Assembly (NCBI GenBank): GCA_053919585.1 | Contig: CM132790.1 | Origin: Euprymna scolopes | Taxonomy: Eukaryota | DNA: 64,000 nt | Strand: one strand, 5' to 3' | Shown here: positions 12,650 to 26,235 of the stretch, piece by piece | Numbering within the stretch: position 1 is the first letter of the stretch | Layout: each line of letters starts with the position of its first letter | The notes under the pieces: model-generated | What the model was told of the DNA's origin: nothing | Seen by the model: only the letters and a program-made list of their open reading frames with translations | The model's database searches: none | Made by a program: the position numbers and the translations under genes

Positions 12650-13400
12650 AAAATTATAGGTTTCTTTTGAAAAACGTTGTTCCTTTACCATACAACCGTT
12701 AATGCACATTTTTATTCTGTGTTAGATGTGACTTCCATGAGTTAAGCCATATTCTGTGGCATTGTTTATTGGAACTAGTTTGCATGGTGTGTCACAAATC
12801 AGTTACTGATGCTGCACTTAAAATTATCGTCACACCTTTATTTCAATTGACTGAGGCTGTGTGATTTTTCATCCAGAAAATAGATAAAGGGTATTATGTC
12901 TACAAATAACAGTTTGCCTACCAATCAGTTCGGATATTACATTTCAAATTATATTTTCGCCTACTGAATAAACTCAAACTTTATAACTTTCTATTGGATT
13001 CACAATTGGCCTGTCATTCTAGAAATCACAAATGCAATTTTATACTCTCGGAATGTTCGCCTAAATTATAGTAATTAAAATGTAACATACTATAGTATTT
13101 GTCCAAATCTTAGATGTTAGCTTAGTTCAGTGTATAGACCACACCTCTGCAAGTTAGATATATAATTGGATTGCGTTGAGGCATGAATGTGAAAATAATT
13201 ACTGGATAAAGAAATCCTCCCACTTACTAAAGCGAATTTATGATGTTGGCAGCATCACAAAAAATGGGTCGGTCTTTAAAATACACATTGGCTGGATTAT
13301 TTCAGAAAATTAATATTTACTTGTATTCAGTGATTGCTGAATCCAATAAGTTTGGTGTTATCTTAAGTTCTGGTTTCCGAAGTCCTCGCAAATGTCTTAA
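12650..13400 (-). mobile_element. Possible hAT transposase relic (C-terminal dimerisation region)
   Basis: Minus YPLSIFWMKNHTASVN*NKGVTIILSAASVT resembles PL.WW..N...FP.L..LA..ILSIPATS. ATCGAT motifs at about 11872, 12427, 13405 and 14223 resemble hAT subterminal motifs. Confidence 0.3.
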
Positions 13401-13659
13401 TAGAATCGATTAATTTTTGCATTTTTTATTATCGTTTGTATAATTTAGTAATTAATACGGAAAATATGTTCATATCTTGAATGTGTTTCGAATAGGCCTA
13501 CTGAGTGTTGCAGATAAACTTTAAGGATGCAATAACATTCTTTCTGAGAACATGTCAGATTATCAGATTCCTGTCATTACCTATTTTTCTTCTATTACTT
13601 TTTCTTCTTCTTATTATTATTTTGGTTATGATAATCATAATAATTATCATATCACCACT

Positions 13660-13680
13660 AATAATAATAACAATAATAAC

Positions 13681-13732
<52 letters not shown>

Positions 13733-13752
13733 TTAATAATAATAATAATAAT
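13660..13752. repeat. (AAT)n microsatellite (others at 20163-20222 and 59606-59663)
   Basis: Direct reading; it explains the poly-I, poly-N, poly-L and poly-Y ORFs in the track. Confidence 0.97.
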
Positions 13753-14394
13753 AGGTTGTACATGAAATATGGAGACTCTTTGTAACACAGACTCCAAAGA
13801 ACACTGTGTTCTTAAAGAGAGATCTGTGATGATGGCCTGTGTGAAAACACGTAGTACATAAAAACAATAAATTATTGAAACCTAAAAGGATAATTGACAA
13901 ATTATCTTGGTGTTGCCTCAATCGAAACACTAACTGAATTTTCTTATCTTTACACCTGATGTATTTAATTGATTTGACTCGCAAACACAATGTTTTCTCT
14001 ATAAAATTAATGCAATAACTTTGAAACTGGTCAAAATATTTGCATCGTCACTTTTTGGTAAAGAATAGGAATTGTAATTATTCATCAGTAAGTACTTAGT
14101 TCCAAAGTTTGCAGTATCGACTCACAGAATTACATCTCATGAATTTTAATTACATTTATATTTACTTACGTTTCTTTGAACATGTTTGGTAATGTTAGAA
14201 ACGCCAATCTAGCTGATTAATCATATAAATATGAATAAACTAATCGATACTTTTAAAAACATTATTTAATAGACCATCAGTATATAGATGTAAATTTATA
14301 ATTGCTTATTATTTTATCAGATTTGTTGTTGTAATGATTAGCATGTTTAATAAAAACTAAAATAAGAACGGGTTCGCACGTGCTTTGAACATTC

Positions 14395-15945
14395 TAGCAA
14401 CCTACTTGGTACAGGATGTGCGCTTCCAAACGAAATGGATGAAGAAGATCTGCAAAAGTTCATGGCGTTTTCACATTGGAAGACAACTAATTTGCTAAAA
14501 AGAAACTGAAAGATGGAAAACAATCATGAGTAGACACTGTTACTCCGGAAGTGCTGAAAAGATGCGATCTGGGCGACATTATACTTTCTTTTCTAAATAA
14601 GCTTTTTGAAAATGTGAAACCTGGTCAATGGTCCAAGATTGGCATGATCCCATTTCCGAAGAAAGGAGATCTGAGCTCAAATAAAAATTATCCAGGCATA
14701 TGTTCATTATCAATCGTCTCAAAAGGTGTAAACAAAGTGATGCTAGACAGAATACAACCAAAAATAGATACGTCTTCATCCAAACTAAACTCTTTTCCGA
14801 CCTGGACCTTCAACAATTGCTCATATGCTCGCGAGACTGCGATTGATAGAAGGAATGAGAGCCATACACGGAAAGTAATCATAGTGTCTTAGATTTCTAA
14901 AGGACGTTTGATTCAATACACAAACGCATGATGATGAAAATATTGAAATCTTATGAGGTTTCACCTCATCTACTCTAAGCAATAACTAAAATCTGTGAAA
15001 ACAGAAGCACAACAAGTATAAGACCAGACGGAAAAACATATTTTTTTCAGTATCATTGCTGGAGTCTTACGAGGAGACACATTAGCACCTTACCTCCTTG
15101 CCACAATACTTGAGTATGTTCTAAGAAAGACATTCAATAGAATGAATAGAAACTTGGTTTTCGTCTGCACAAGCGAAAGAGCAAGCTTGGTCAACCCATA
15201 GGTATTACTAATCCTGATTTCGTTGATACCTAGCATTACTAACTGAGATAATTGGTCAAGCCGAAGAAGTCCTAAGCAATCTGGAAAAGGAAGCACAATT
15301 GGTAGGTTTGAACTGCAATCCCAAGACAAAAGAGATACAGGCCTTCAATCACATTGATCCAATTGCGGTGAAAGGACTTGATGGGATTGTGCTCAAAGTT
15401 ATCGAATACATCAATTTCCCTGTGAGGATGCTGAGAGAGCACTGAAAGTGATTTTGAAGTAAGAAACGCATTTGCATTGTGTACATGTCATACGTTGAGG
15501 AAGATATGGTCATCCACTCTCTCAGAAAAGATAAAAGTAAAACTATTTGTTGAGAGTAAAAACAGTCCTTCTCTATGGTGCTGATACATGGACTCTTACA
15601 AATTCGCCGAAGTAGAGACTGAATGGCCGTTACACAGTAATACTTAGGATGGCGTTCAATACATCCTGGAGGAGCCATGCAACAAACCAACAGCTTTATG
15701 GTGACCTACCACCAGTGTCACTGAAAGTACAGAAGAGAATGATGTGAATAGCCGAAGAGCGAAAAGAAAGTAAGCAAGCTAGATCTCTGGATACCAACCG
15801 TGTTTGAAAAAGAATCACGTACATCGGTAACCTGCTACATGACATAAGGTTGGAAAGTGTTTGGGACCTGCAAACTTCATCCAAGATCGAGAGACTAGCG
15901 AGGTCGTATAGATTCGGTGGTAAAACGTCCTGAAAGACGACAGAT
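14395..15945 (+). mobile_element. 5'-truncated RTE-group LINE, decayed RT and C-terminus
   Basis: PEVLKRCDL..IILSF.NK...KPGQWS...MIPFPKKGDLS..KNYPGI; GVLRGDTLAPYL (15061); DFVDT for the FADD motif; VLLYGADTWTL; many stops and frameshifts. Confidence 0.85.
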
Positions 15946-18900
15946 ATAAGAGATAATGATTGTTTAAATGGACTTGACTAGTTAACTGTCCGAAAATATA
16001 TTGGTCAATAAGATTTGTTCTTTACTGTGAAATTATAGAAAATATATTACTTTCAATATTGTTAATTAATTATTTTATGAATATGAAACAAAACTGCAGT
16101 TAATTCGAATCTACAAAATTGAAGAGAATACAAATAAATCTGCTACATCAATCACTCTTCAGAAGCTTCGCAATGAGCAACACATTATTCTCCTACCTAG
16201 CATGTAAAAATTGACCCTTTCTAGTATTTTACTCTGACGGAGAAAAGATACAAGTTGAATCAGTTTAATTCCGGTGTTAATAAATAGTCTGAGTAATTGT
16301 TTCACTTACAAGAGAAACTCACGCCTAACTTCTATGGGAAGCAATCTATTCTTTATATAATGTTTATTAACAGTTTCTTTAATTTATATAGACTATCAAC
16401 AATATATCATTAATATTGAAAAATTTTAGGAAATCTTAGGCGTATTTCTGGAATATAATCACATTTATTTCGTTTTACAATGTGGGGAATGTATATCGTA
16501 TTATGTTCTTATGTGGACTAATTTTTTTTCCAATTTCGATAGGTCGACACACCCACTATTGAAAAATTATCCTTGCTAATGTTTCGATTTACGTTAAGAT
16601 GAAAAAATGACCTAATGGCGTACGCATTGATCTACTCAGATTTAATATAATAATAATCAGAGGTCTTATCATTTCAGGTCGAAGGGAATAAATTTATAAT
16701 TTGAAATGTTTGTGTTTAAAAAGTAAAGATAATATTATATAGAGATTCTAAAAAATAGGTCGCAATAGAGCATAAACTTATAAACATCGTGTAACCATAA
16801 TTATTATTATTATTGTTGTTCGGAAAAGATTAGCTTACCAATCAAATATATTGTTCAATTTGGAGTAATAGTATTTTCATTTTATTACATTCGAAAATTT
16901 CACCATAAATCGTGGTGAATTGAACCCACACAATGTCCTTCCTCATTTATAGTTTACGACTAATATCATGTCCAATAGCATATTATCTCCACTAACAAAG
17001 AGGCGGTTTCTTTCAAATCAATTCAAACAAAGGAAATAAAACACAATTTAGATGAAACAGAAAAAAAATAATTGATATTTGCGATTTTATAACACTTTAT
17101 TTTTATACGTGCCTTTGTTTTAAAATGAATTTCAAGCAGAAAAGAAAAAAAAATCAGATAAAATTGTTGCAGATTCTTTTTCCATGCACATTTGTTTAAT
17201 AAATTCTGACCTAAAAGTACAAAAAAAGCAACGATTAAGATTAAATAGAAAAGTAAATTAAAAAAACAAAACTCCACTCGGAAAAATAGTTCAAGCGATC
17301 ATTTTATCTCTTTCGGTTCATCAGGGGGAGACAATTACGAGGTAAACGGGCGTACATTTCAAGTGATGGATACTACAGAATCATAACATAAAAAACGCAT
17401 TCACTTTCATCAATTTTTTTTCAAATAAAATCATGAATAAAACAAAAATGAACTTTACACTAATTCGAAATGAAGAAATGGACAAGAATGAATCTAATTT
17501 AATGAAACAGAAGGAAACAAAAGAGAAAACATTGGCAGTTATTAGTTTTTGTTGCGAGACGGTTATACACTGATTTAATCTCAGAAGTTGAGGACTTTTT
17601 TCTACATCATTTTATTCTTTCAGGTCCGATGAAGTAGTCTTTTTTATCATTGCGCATTAAGTGCATATCAAGGTTCAAAGAGAAAATGTGTTAACTGCTA
17701 AGTAAATATGCGTCCCTATTAATTCCTACTTCTATTTGATAGAAACATATAAGACCAAGATAAATAGATTTACTTAATTTTGAGTTTGTGGTGTATATTA
17801 ACCTTTTAAATTATCTACGATGAGGCTTTGTTCAGTCACAAGATACAATGGATACGCTCTGTAAGAGAAACTGCGCAAGTTGTTGGGTATCAAGCCTTGC
17901 GCAATGACCACCACAACCTCTTTGCTTCAGTTTATCAGAAATTAGAACTAAGGACGATTTCTAATAATGCCGAGAGAAGCGGAGAGCAGATACATCATGT
18001 GGGATTCACAAATAGTCCCTTACTTTAGTGATGATCAGCCACATTTCTCATAAATTCGGTGATCTAACGGGAACCGGTCTGAAAGCCTGATTATTTTTGT
18101 ATATATTATCTGTCTTGTACGTTGTATATTTGATGTGGAACACAGGAATAAACGAGGATTAATAATAGATCAATGTGAATAAAGGGAAATTCTATTTTTT
18201 AAAAAATCAAAACTCTTAATATATCCACGTGTAGAGAGGCGTTTATATGAACGAGGACAATTTTAGACGAACTTGTGTGCGTTTATGTGTGTGTGAAATT
18301 ACTTGACACAGTAAATGATTCATGCATGATTCTTTCTTGGAGTATATATATATATATATATGCGTGTGTGTGTGTGTTTACTAGCTTTACTAGTTTAATG
18401 CGTGATGAGAGAAGGTCATGGCAGTCGAAGTTAAAGTCTCACGTAGAAACTTCGTATGGAAGAAAATACGGTATTATTTACATTGGCAGTTTCAGATTAA
18501 GAAAGATTGCCGTATGTTTTTTGTTTCAGATCAAATGCAGGGTAAAAAGTAGGAGGCGATTAAACAAAAGACATAATCAAATAGATCTTGTTTATTTAAT
18601 TGTATGATTTTGCGTAAATCAGTTTCTGAAAATATATCCTGCCAATCCGTTTTTTGTTGAAAGAGAAAAAACAGGAAATAGCTAGGATAAACGTCGTGCT
18701 TGGAGTTTAAATTAGCTAATGTTTTGACATTATTACGGTGGGTAAGTATTGGATCATTTGGGCCCTTTTCGCGATTAGATAATCATGATAACACAATAAT
18801 TTGCTAATAAACATGAGGATGTGATAGCTAGAATAAAGTAAAACGTGTTATCTTTTATTATAAACGCCAGACGCGAATTATTGAAAGAACAACACGCTTT

Positions 18901-19149
18901 TTAGAACCAATACGCTAACTAGTATTTTTTAATGAATACAATATGTTGAGTGAGCATTGTATATTGTTACAGACTTTATTCGTATGGGCACGTTTATTGA
19001 TAGTGTATATCCAAACCTCTAGTCTATTTGAAGCAATCTCCTATAGCTAAACTGCACTATTTGTAAAGCTCTAACAACTACTGGGAGGCGCTACTGAAAT
19101 TCTCTTGTGTGAGCATGTGAGGGAGTTTCTTGATTTCGATTCTGATCAA

Positions 19150-19400
19150 ATAATCTGTGACAAGTATAAAGTTATGGATTGATTCATTGGGGCCAACTTA
19201 GCGCAAACCTTCTGCATCCTCGGCTTCACGTTAATAATTTGGTCTACAATTTCATCTGAAATCAAACTGTGAACTTATTGTTTCCATAGACACACTACGG
19301 TTCTTATCTATGAAAGCTTTTATTTTTCGCATCCGCTCTGGTATTCTGATTTCCCTACTCCACCCACACCTCAAACCACCCCTCTCTTATTCGATATTTT
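19150..19400 (-). mobile_element. Mariner transposase N-terminal fragment, same family as 3500-4280
   Basis: Minus REIRIPERMRKIKAFIDKNRSVSMETISSQFDF...IVDQII...RMQKVCAKLAP matches the mariner second HTH and the KVCAKWVP linker. Confidence 0.7.
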
Positions 19401-20035
19401 TAAGTNNNNNNNNNNNNNNNNNNNNNNNNNNNNNNNNNNNNNNNNNNNNNNNNNNNNNNNNNNNNNNNNNNNNNNNNNNNNNNNNNNNNNNNNNNNNNNN
19501 NNNNNNNNNNNNNNNNNNNNNNNNNNNNNNNNNNATCTATCAATATATATATAAAGTTTCACGGTGTGCATTTTCTTTTGGTGGGATGACCATATGTCTG
19601 CCAAGCTTTAATTTTTTGGGTGGGTGGAAGCGGATTGTTAATGCGTACATTTAGAAATTTACGGGATTTTTGTTTTTAGATAGGGTGGGGGTTTATGTTC
19701 TCTTTTTTATATTTTTCCTGTTTTTTCAACTTTATAATATATTGTCTGCTATAGTATTTTCCAATATCAAGGTCTGATATGGAGTAAACACTGTTTATAG
19801 CAACATCCTCATAAAATATTGGGAATCTATTTTGACGGTCGTTTTTAAGATGCGGAGGTTGCGGTGTCTACTCGGACAAACGTCCGTACCATGCAGTGGT
19901 TAACTGTGTCTATTCTAATACCAATTTTAATATGCGGAATTTTTGGTTTGGATACCAACAACCGTAATTTAAATTTATACGCAGGGGGGGTTAGGTCCAC
20001 ATGGCAACGCAGGTTTACAGGTCCTGCTTGTTATA

Positions 20036-20070
<35 letters not shown>

Positions 20071-20162
20071 AAAATTACAATTCTTCCCATTCTCCATCTG
20101 ATATAGTTACTAATCCAATATACCACTCGAGCATCCCCTCCATCCACAATCGTACAACTAGC

Positions 20163-20223
<61 letters not shown>

Positions 20224-20259
20224 TTGCTCCTACCGGCAATCCTAACGCGAACAACAATC

Positions 20260-20732
20260 ATTATCCCCTCCAAAACAGTCGTACTATTATTGTCCCACCT
20301 TTTGTTGAACACAATGAACAAAATTCAAAATATTTCATTAATACAAATCAGCAAATTAATATTAACATAAGACCTCGAGCTTTTAATAAAGTGCATACAA
20401 TATCGGCGCTACTTCCACATTTATTAAGAAAATAATATCAACCCACATTTCTGCTTTTATCAACCATAATTCTAATAATAACCAAGGAGCTTCTCTAGCC
20501 ATTTTACTTAAAAACTTAATTCTAATAATACCCCTTTCTCAATCAAATGGACTATCATAAAAAATTAAGTCTTATACTCCACGCTCTAAGTTATGTCGCC
20601 TCTGCACAACCGAAGCTAAAACTATAATTACTTTCCCTCAAAGTAACAATATAGTAAATTCTAAAAACGAACTGATCTCTTTCTGTAAACATGAGTCCAA
20701 ATTTAATTATGGTAATTCTGAAATTACATAAC
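20260..20732 (+). mobile_element. Penelope-like GIY-YIG endonuclease C-terminal remnant
   Basis: With two frameshifts: YNIGATSTFIKKIISTHISAF...GASLA...FSIKWTII..KSYTPRSKLCRLCTTEAKTII..PQSNNIVNSKNELISFCKHESKF. This has the YIG, IKW.I, CxLC..E and N...EL...CxH motifs of Penelope GIY-YIG domains. Confidence 0.8.
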
Positions 20733-20749
20733 TATTACTTTAACCTTTC

Positions 20750-20805
<56 letters not shown>

Positions 20806-21488
20806 GTTTTCTTTAACATTATAATTTTTTCTACATACTTTTTTAATACTTTTTAACTCAATAATTTTTTTATTTTTACTCTTTATTTCTTGTTTTCTTG
20901 ACCGTTTTCATCTGCAATTTCCGTTTTAGTCTTTAAATATTCTTATCTATCAATTATATCAATCAACTTACACATTCATATTCTGTATGTATATTTACTT
21001 ATATTTTACTATATGCATTTACTTACATACTTACTTGCTTTATCCGGAATTTGCAGATACGGCCACCCCTCTTCTTAAACTTTTTTTTACATTTTATTTT
21101 ATATTTATTTTTTATTTATTTTTTGTTTATTAATTTATTTCTTCATTTACTAATTTATTTATTTATGTTTTCTATTTAGTATCTTTTAATAACTCTTGCT
21201 GACATTTTCATAAATAATAACCTGTACATATCCGTTGACCTCCTTTTTTGCCCTATAATATTCGGGCCTTTAAACGTTATCCTGTCTGGTTCATTTTGAC
21301 ATTAGCTTTTCTAATTTATATTTAATTCTATCACCATTTAATCTTGTTTTATCTCTCTCTTTTTCTTCTTTACTGATTTTTAAAAATTACACTTTATTCT
21401 CGGCAGCCGTGTTAAAAGCATCTCTTATTTTTCGTTTATTATTATTATTGGGGCCCCCCCTTTCCTTGTACATATTTGTGAATTATTC

Positions 21489-21530
21489 AACGGATTTCGG
21501 CCTTTTGGATTATTTTGGGCCATCTTCCAA
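21489..21530 (-). ncRNA. Decayed hammerhead-like motif (Penelope pLTR type)
   Basis: Minus: TGGAAGA-T-GGCC(15 nt)GGCC-GAAA-TCCG-TT. Stem II and GAAA are intact; the core has 2 mismatches and stem I is lost. Confidence 0.3.
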
Positions 21531-21673
21531 TTCGCGATTTCCTTTAAACAATTTCAATGATTTAAAAACATTATTACAATGATCTAAACATAATTTTTAA
21601 TGAAAAACCAAGACACGGTATATTAAAATAATGTAAAAAATACACATTGTTGGTGACCTTCCCCTTATTTGAA

Positions 21674-21761
<88 letters not shown>

Positions 21762-21893
21762 CTTGTACATTTTGATGAAAAAGAAATCCCATACAGTGCT
21801 CTATTATTAGGGAAAAAACCTTTCTCGAAATAAGAGCAATATACTTTTTTTTTTGTATAATATATACAGGAATTTACATCGGTAGTCGGTACC

Positions 21894-21964
<71 letters not shown>

Positions 21965-22411
21965 GGTTCTTTCGATGTAAAAAATATTACGCACATCTGC
22001 ATTGACGCATATCGTTATTACTTTCGTAATTTTTTAATTACAGGATTTGATGGATTACAAAATGTACTTTGTTATTAAATAGCTGTGTTAGGATCAACAG
22101 GCAAATTACAATAAATCTAGCCACAACAAAAAATATAAAGAGACAAAAAATAAAAAGTACACATATTAAAAAACAACCGACACGATCGGTTATGGAATGT
22201 AGTCATTTTGTTTATGATTATTGCAAAACAATTTAATTTTATAAAGAAACGCATATCTAATGTTAACTATGAAAAAATCCATACAGCCTAGCAGTAAAAT
22301 CCATTTAGGCGTTGCAACTTATTGATCCATAATGACTCATTTTAAATAATTTATGCATGAATGTTTTAATATATATATATATACATATATATATATATGT
22401 ATATATATACT

Positions 22412-22622
22412 GTACATACATAGTGTGCAAATACATATAGTGCAAGCGAATATATATATATACATCTCTACACACATATATGCATATATATATATAGTGT
22501 ACAACGATATAACAAATAATTCTAATATATACGTCGATCGATACTTCGAAAACATAGTACATACATAGTGTGCAAATATATATAGTGCAAGCTTATATAT
22601 ATGTATATATATACCTATATAC

Positions 22623-22674
<52 letters not shown>

Positions 22675-22731
22675 TACAACGATATAACAAATAGTTCTAA
22701 TAAATACGTCGATCGATACTTCTAAAACATA
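22412..22731 (+). repeat. Tandem duplication (22412-22556, 22557-22731) with an internal TA tract of differing length
   Basis: GTACATACATAGTGTGCAAAT...AGTGTACAACGATATAACAAATA.TTCTAAT..ATACGTCGATCGATACTTC.AAAACATA occurs twice. Confidence 0.9.
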
Positions 22732-25048
22732 AATGTCCTAATCAAAACAGAAACTTTTAAAATAAAAAAAAATCCAATAAAAATTCTTCCAACATTTACT
22801 CAATTAGTTTATATTGTTAGAGGTATCTATCAGAATTGGTTTCTATCAGAATTGTGCCAATTACAAGTCACAATATCTACGTGCGCTAAAGTAATACTAT
22901 GAGCTAGATGAAGAATTCATAACATCTGAGGGACACGCGCTTTCGACTCTTTTTTTGTTAGAAGAAACATTTAGCATGCGTAAACTTTTAACATCTCTGC
23001 AAGACCCTGGTCAGTGACAAAAATACTAAGAGATTTTGACCAATCAGAGCTTAGCGATAAATCCCTTAGACATAAACAATAAATGTTTTTTCTACGGTCC
23101 TTAATACACTGCACTTAATGACCGATGCAATAAATTGTTTTTTTTATTAAAATTTTCATATGACAACATGTAACACGCGTGATATATATTTTTCAGCTCT
23201 GTAGAAATTTCTGTCATGTCTACGAATGTCACCAAATCCGAAAGTGCTTGGAGGGAAATTCCGACATATAATGGCAGATAATGATACTATTTTAGTTATT
23301 TCATTGTACTTGAGTTTATATCAAATTTTGTGTAATTGGCTGTTTTATACTGCATAAACAAAATTTAATTGGTAAGTGTGTATGTATAAAAAGAAAAAAT
23401 GAACAGAAATAATACATTATTTTTGTATATAATTTTTTTTTTTTATAATACATTATTTTTTATCCAAACAATATTTATTTATTTTCAAAACACATATTTC
23501 ACTTACAGTTAGAAGAATAATGATATTATCCTTGATGATCTAAAATTTTTGGATATTAAGAGCCATTTGTTTCTTTAAAAGAGCCAAATCACCTTTAATT
23601 TTTTAGAAAGATGCCGATGTGTGCCAAACTAGATTTTACTTTAAAAACACATTGCAGCAAACTAATAACACCAGCCAGAATAGAAATTCATGGCATTCAA
23701 GTAACAGAAATTATTTTAACTCATTTTCGTTTGGAATAAATATTACGGGTGCAGAATGTTTTGAAATTAACTGTTTTTCTTAAGGCCGCTTTCAGATACA
23801 AAAATACAAAAAATGGGGTAAACAGATCAAATTATCTCTCATTATTAATTAATATATTTTTGATTAACTTGCTTGTCTCATAGTATAATGCTCTTAGTAA
23901 TGGATATACTTATCTTATATTCATTTAGTATTACATTTATTTGTATTTCTAATTAATAATTAGTTTTATGCAGGCATTTATATTTTAGATATTAATTTGG
24001 TATTCTTCAATACATATTTTGAAATAATATTCATGTACACTAATAATATTAATGACCAAAATGTATATCTTGATGTAAAATAAGTAAACAATACATTTGA
24101 AATATTATTGTTTCCTACTTTCAGAGAAATGACTTATAATAGTTTCTTTGTAATGATCAGGTTTTCATCACGGATTTTCATAGAAAAAAACTAATAAATA
24201 TATTATTTTTATTAATTAATATATCGTGTTTATTTGTTTATTCAAAAGTAGATTGTGAATTTCATATTATAATATATTAATTTATTTCAGTTGCTGATTG
24301 TATAAAAAGTATAACGGATGGGTCATTTTTCATTACAATTTTATACATCAGGGTAGAAAATCTCGTTATTAATTATTACAATTATGTTAATTTGCTTCTA
24401 ATTTGGATACATTATTTATATTTATATATGAATATAAAGTAGTATTTTATTTATGTTATTTATTTTATATAGATATTTGTTGATAAATATTGAGAGCTCA
24501 AATCCGACCTAATCTTTACTTTTCTATTATATGTTAAGGCAATAAATAAAAGAGAAGCAACTAAAACAGCGGTGGCAAATAAAAAAGTGTGTATAAAATA
24601 ATTTAAAATAGATTAATTTGTTTTTATATGTTGCTACGGTTCCTTATTATTCTTTTTAATTTTTTTATAAAGAGTTAAACTATTTAAGTGATAGTGATCA
24701 CTACAAAGTCAAATATAACCATTGAAAATATTTTTCACTAATTTAAAGCTGTTCGAGATTTTACCTATGGGTAAATATGATTTTGCAATTTTCTTACATG
24801 TCCGCACCCTATTCTGTAATAATTATAACCGCGAGATTAAATATAACAAGACGTTGACTGGGTCGGTTGAATATCGGTCCTTGATAAATATCTTAACATT
24901 AAATCGTGTAAAATCTCCCTTCATTGGGCCCCTTTTAATTAAAGTGTTTATAATCTTTCTCATATACAATAATATAATGTGCATGGGATTATTTATATCC
25001 ATTTATCTATATCGTTTTCTTAAATTCTATTTCCTCTATCTCATTCTG

Positions 25049-25111
<63 letters not shown>

Positions 25112-26235
25112 GTATATATATTCATACATGCATATGAATATATATATATACATTCATATAGATTTAATTATATATATACATATATATATATATATATAAA
25201 TTAATATATATATATAATATGATATTATGATTAATGCAGATTTCGTATTTATTAGTACATTATATTATATTGCACCTATTTATAGTAATGATTTAAAAGG
25301 CTTTTTTCAACATGATTCGTACGACACCACCCATAATTGAAATCAAAACGTTTAACTTACGATTTACTTTTTTCTTTGACATTAACGCTGAAGACAGGAG
25401 GACATTTTTGCTGTAAGGCTTAAAATTTTAACATAAGCTATTGGCTATTACATTGCGCATGCATATTCGTAATGCCGTCGCTTTACCTTCACCTGCCAAA
25501 TTCCATTTTTTTTATTTTTCACACTTTTGCACCGATTATTTCGGAAAAAAAACAAACCAAAAGTTCGCATGGGTGGAATATCCTATATATTAAGTTTAAT
25601 GTCTGTAGAACAAAAACTGACAGAGAAGATTTCAAGGAAAAATGTAAAACAAATATATATATGCTTACATAAGTATATATAGAAAGAAGTTTGCATTTAC
25701 TCTAATATTTCTACGCAGATATTTCGCAAGAATATATCATGAAGAATATCAGCATGAATATAATGAGACGTAATATTTTACTAAAGAGTATCTTCTCAAG
25801 AAAAAACCGAAAAACTATTACCTTTTAATCTCAAGATTTTAGTTAACGAAATCATAATTTTAAATCAACAAAAACAAATGGAAATGCAAGGTTGATGTTG
25901 GGTAAAAACCGTAGTATATAGGTATGAATATAGAACGCATGTTATAACCTCAATAAATATTGTTAATACTCTGCATTAGCCATAATAAAAACAGACAAAT
26001 GTGTAAGTTAAAACGTGTATTAATAAAAGACAAATAAAGGGTTGAAGAATGAAAAGAGTGTTTGCCTCCAAGAAGCAGGTGAGGTTAACTCCAGGACTTT
26101 CCTAGGATCGTTAAAAGTTCCGATACATATAGATGCCCGTTGAGTTAATTCAGATAGTGCATCCTCTCCAAAAGATGTAAGGTCGGGTTTAATTTTATTA
26201 TGATATACTTTTTTTATTCTTTTAGCATTAATATA

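Noticed and set aside
13505-13797. Poly-I, poly-N, poly-Y and YIYIYI ORFs here and at 20.0, 21.6, 22.3, 24.7, 38.5 and 59.5 kb
   Set aside because: They are translations of (AAT)n and (TA)n microsatellites
16900-17010. B-box-like GGTTCAATTC (minus), suggesting a tRNA or SINE; A-box-like GCATCTGTAGTATAGTGG at about 44569
   Set aside because: Each has only one box and no cloverleaf
17305-17332. Minus-strand CTGATGA-ACC-GAAA
   Set aside because: Only 3 nt lie between the boxes, so there is no stem II, and no stem III or cleavage triplet
17828-18028. 66-aa ORF in a GC-richer patch
   Set aside because: Non-ATG start, no motif recognised and no supporting neighbouring exons
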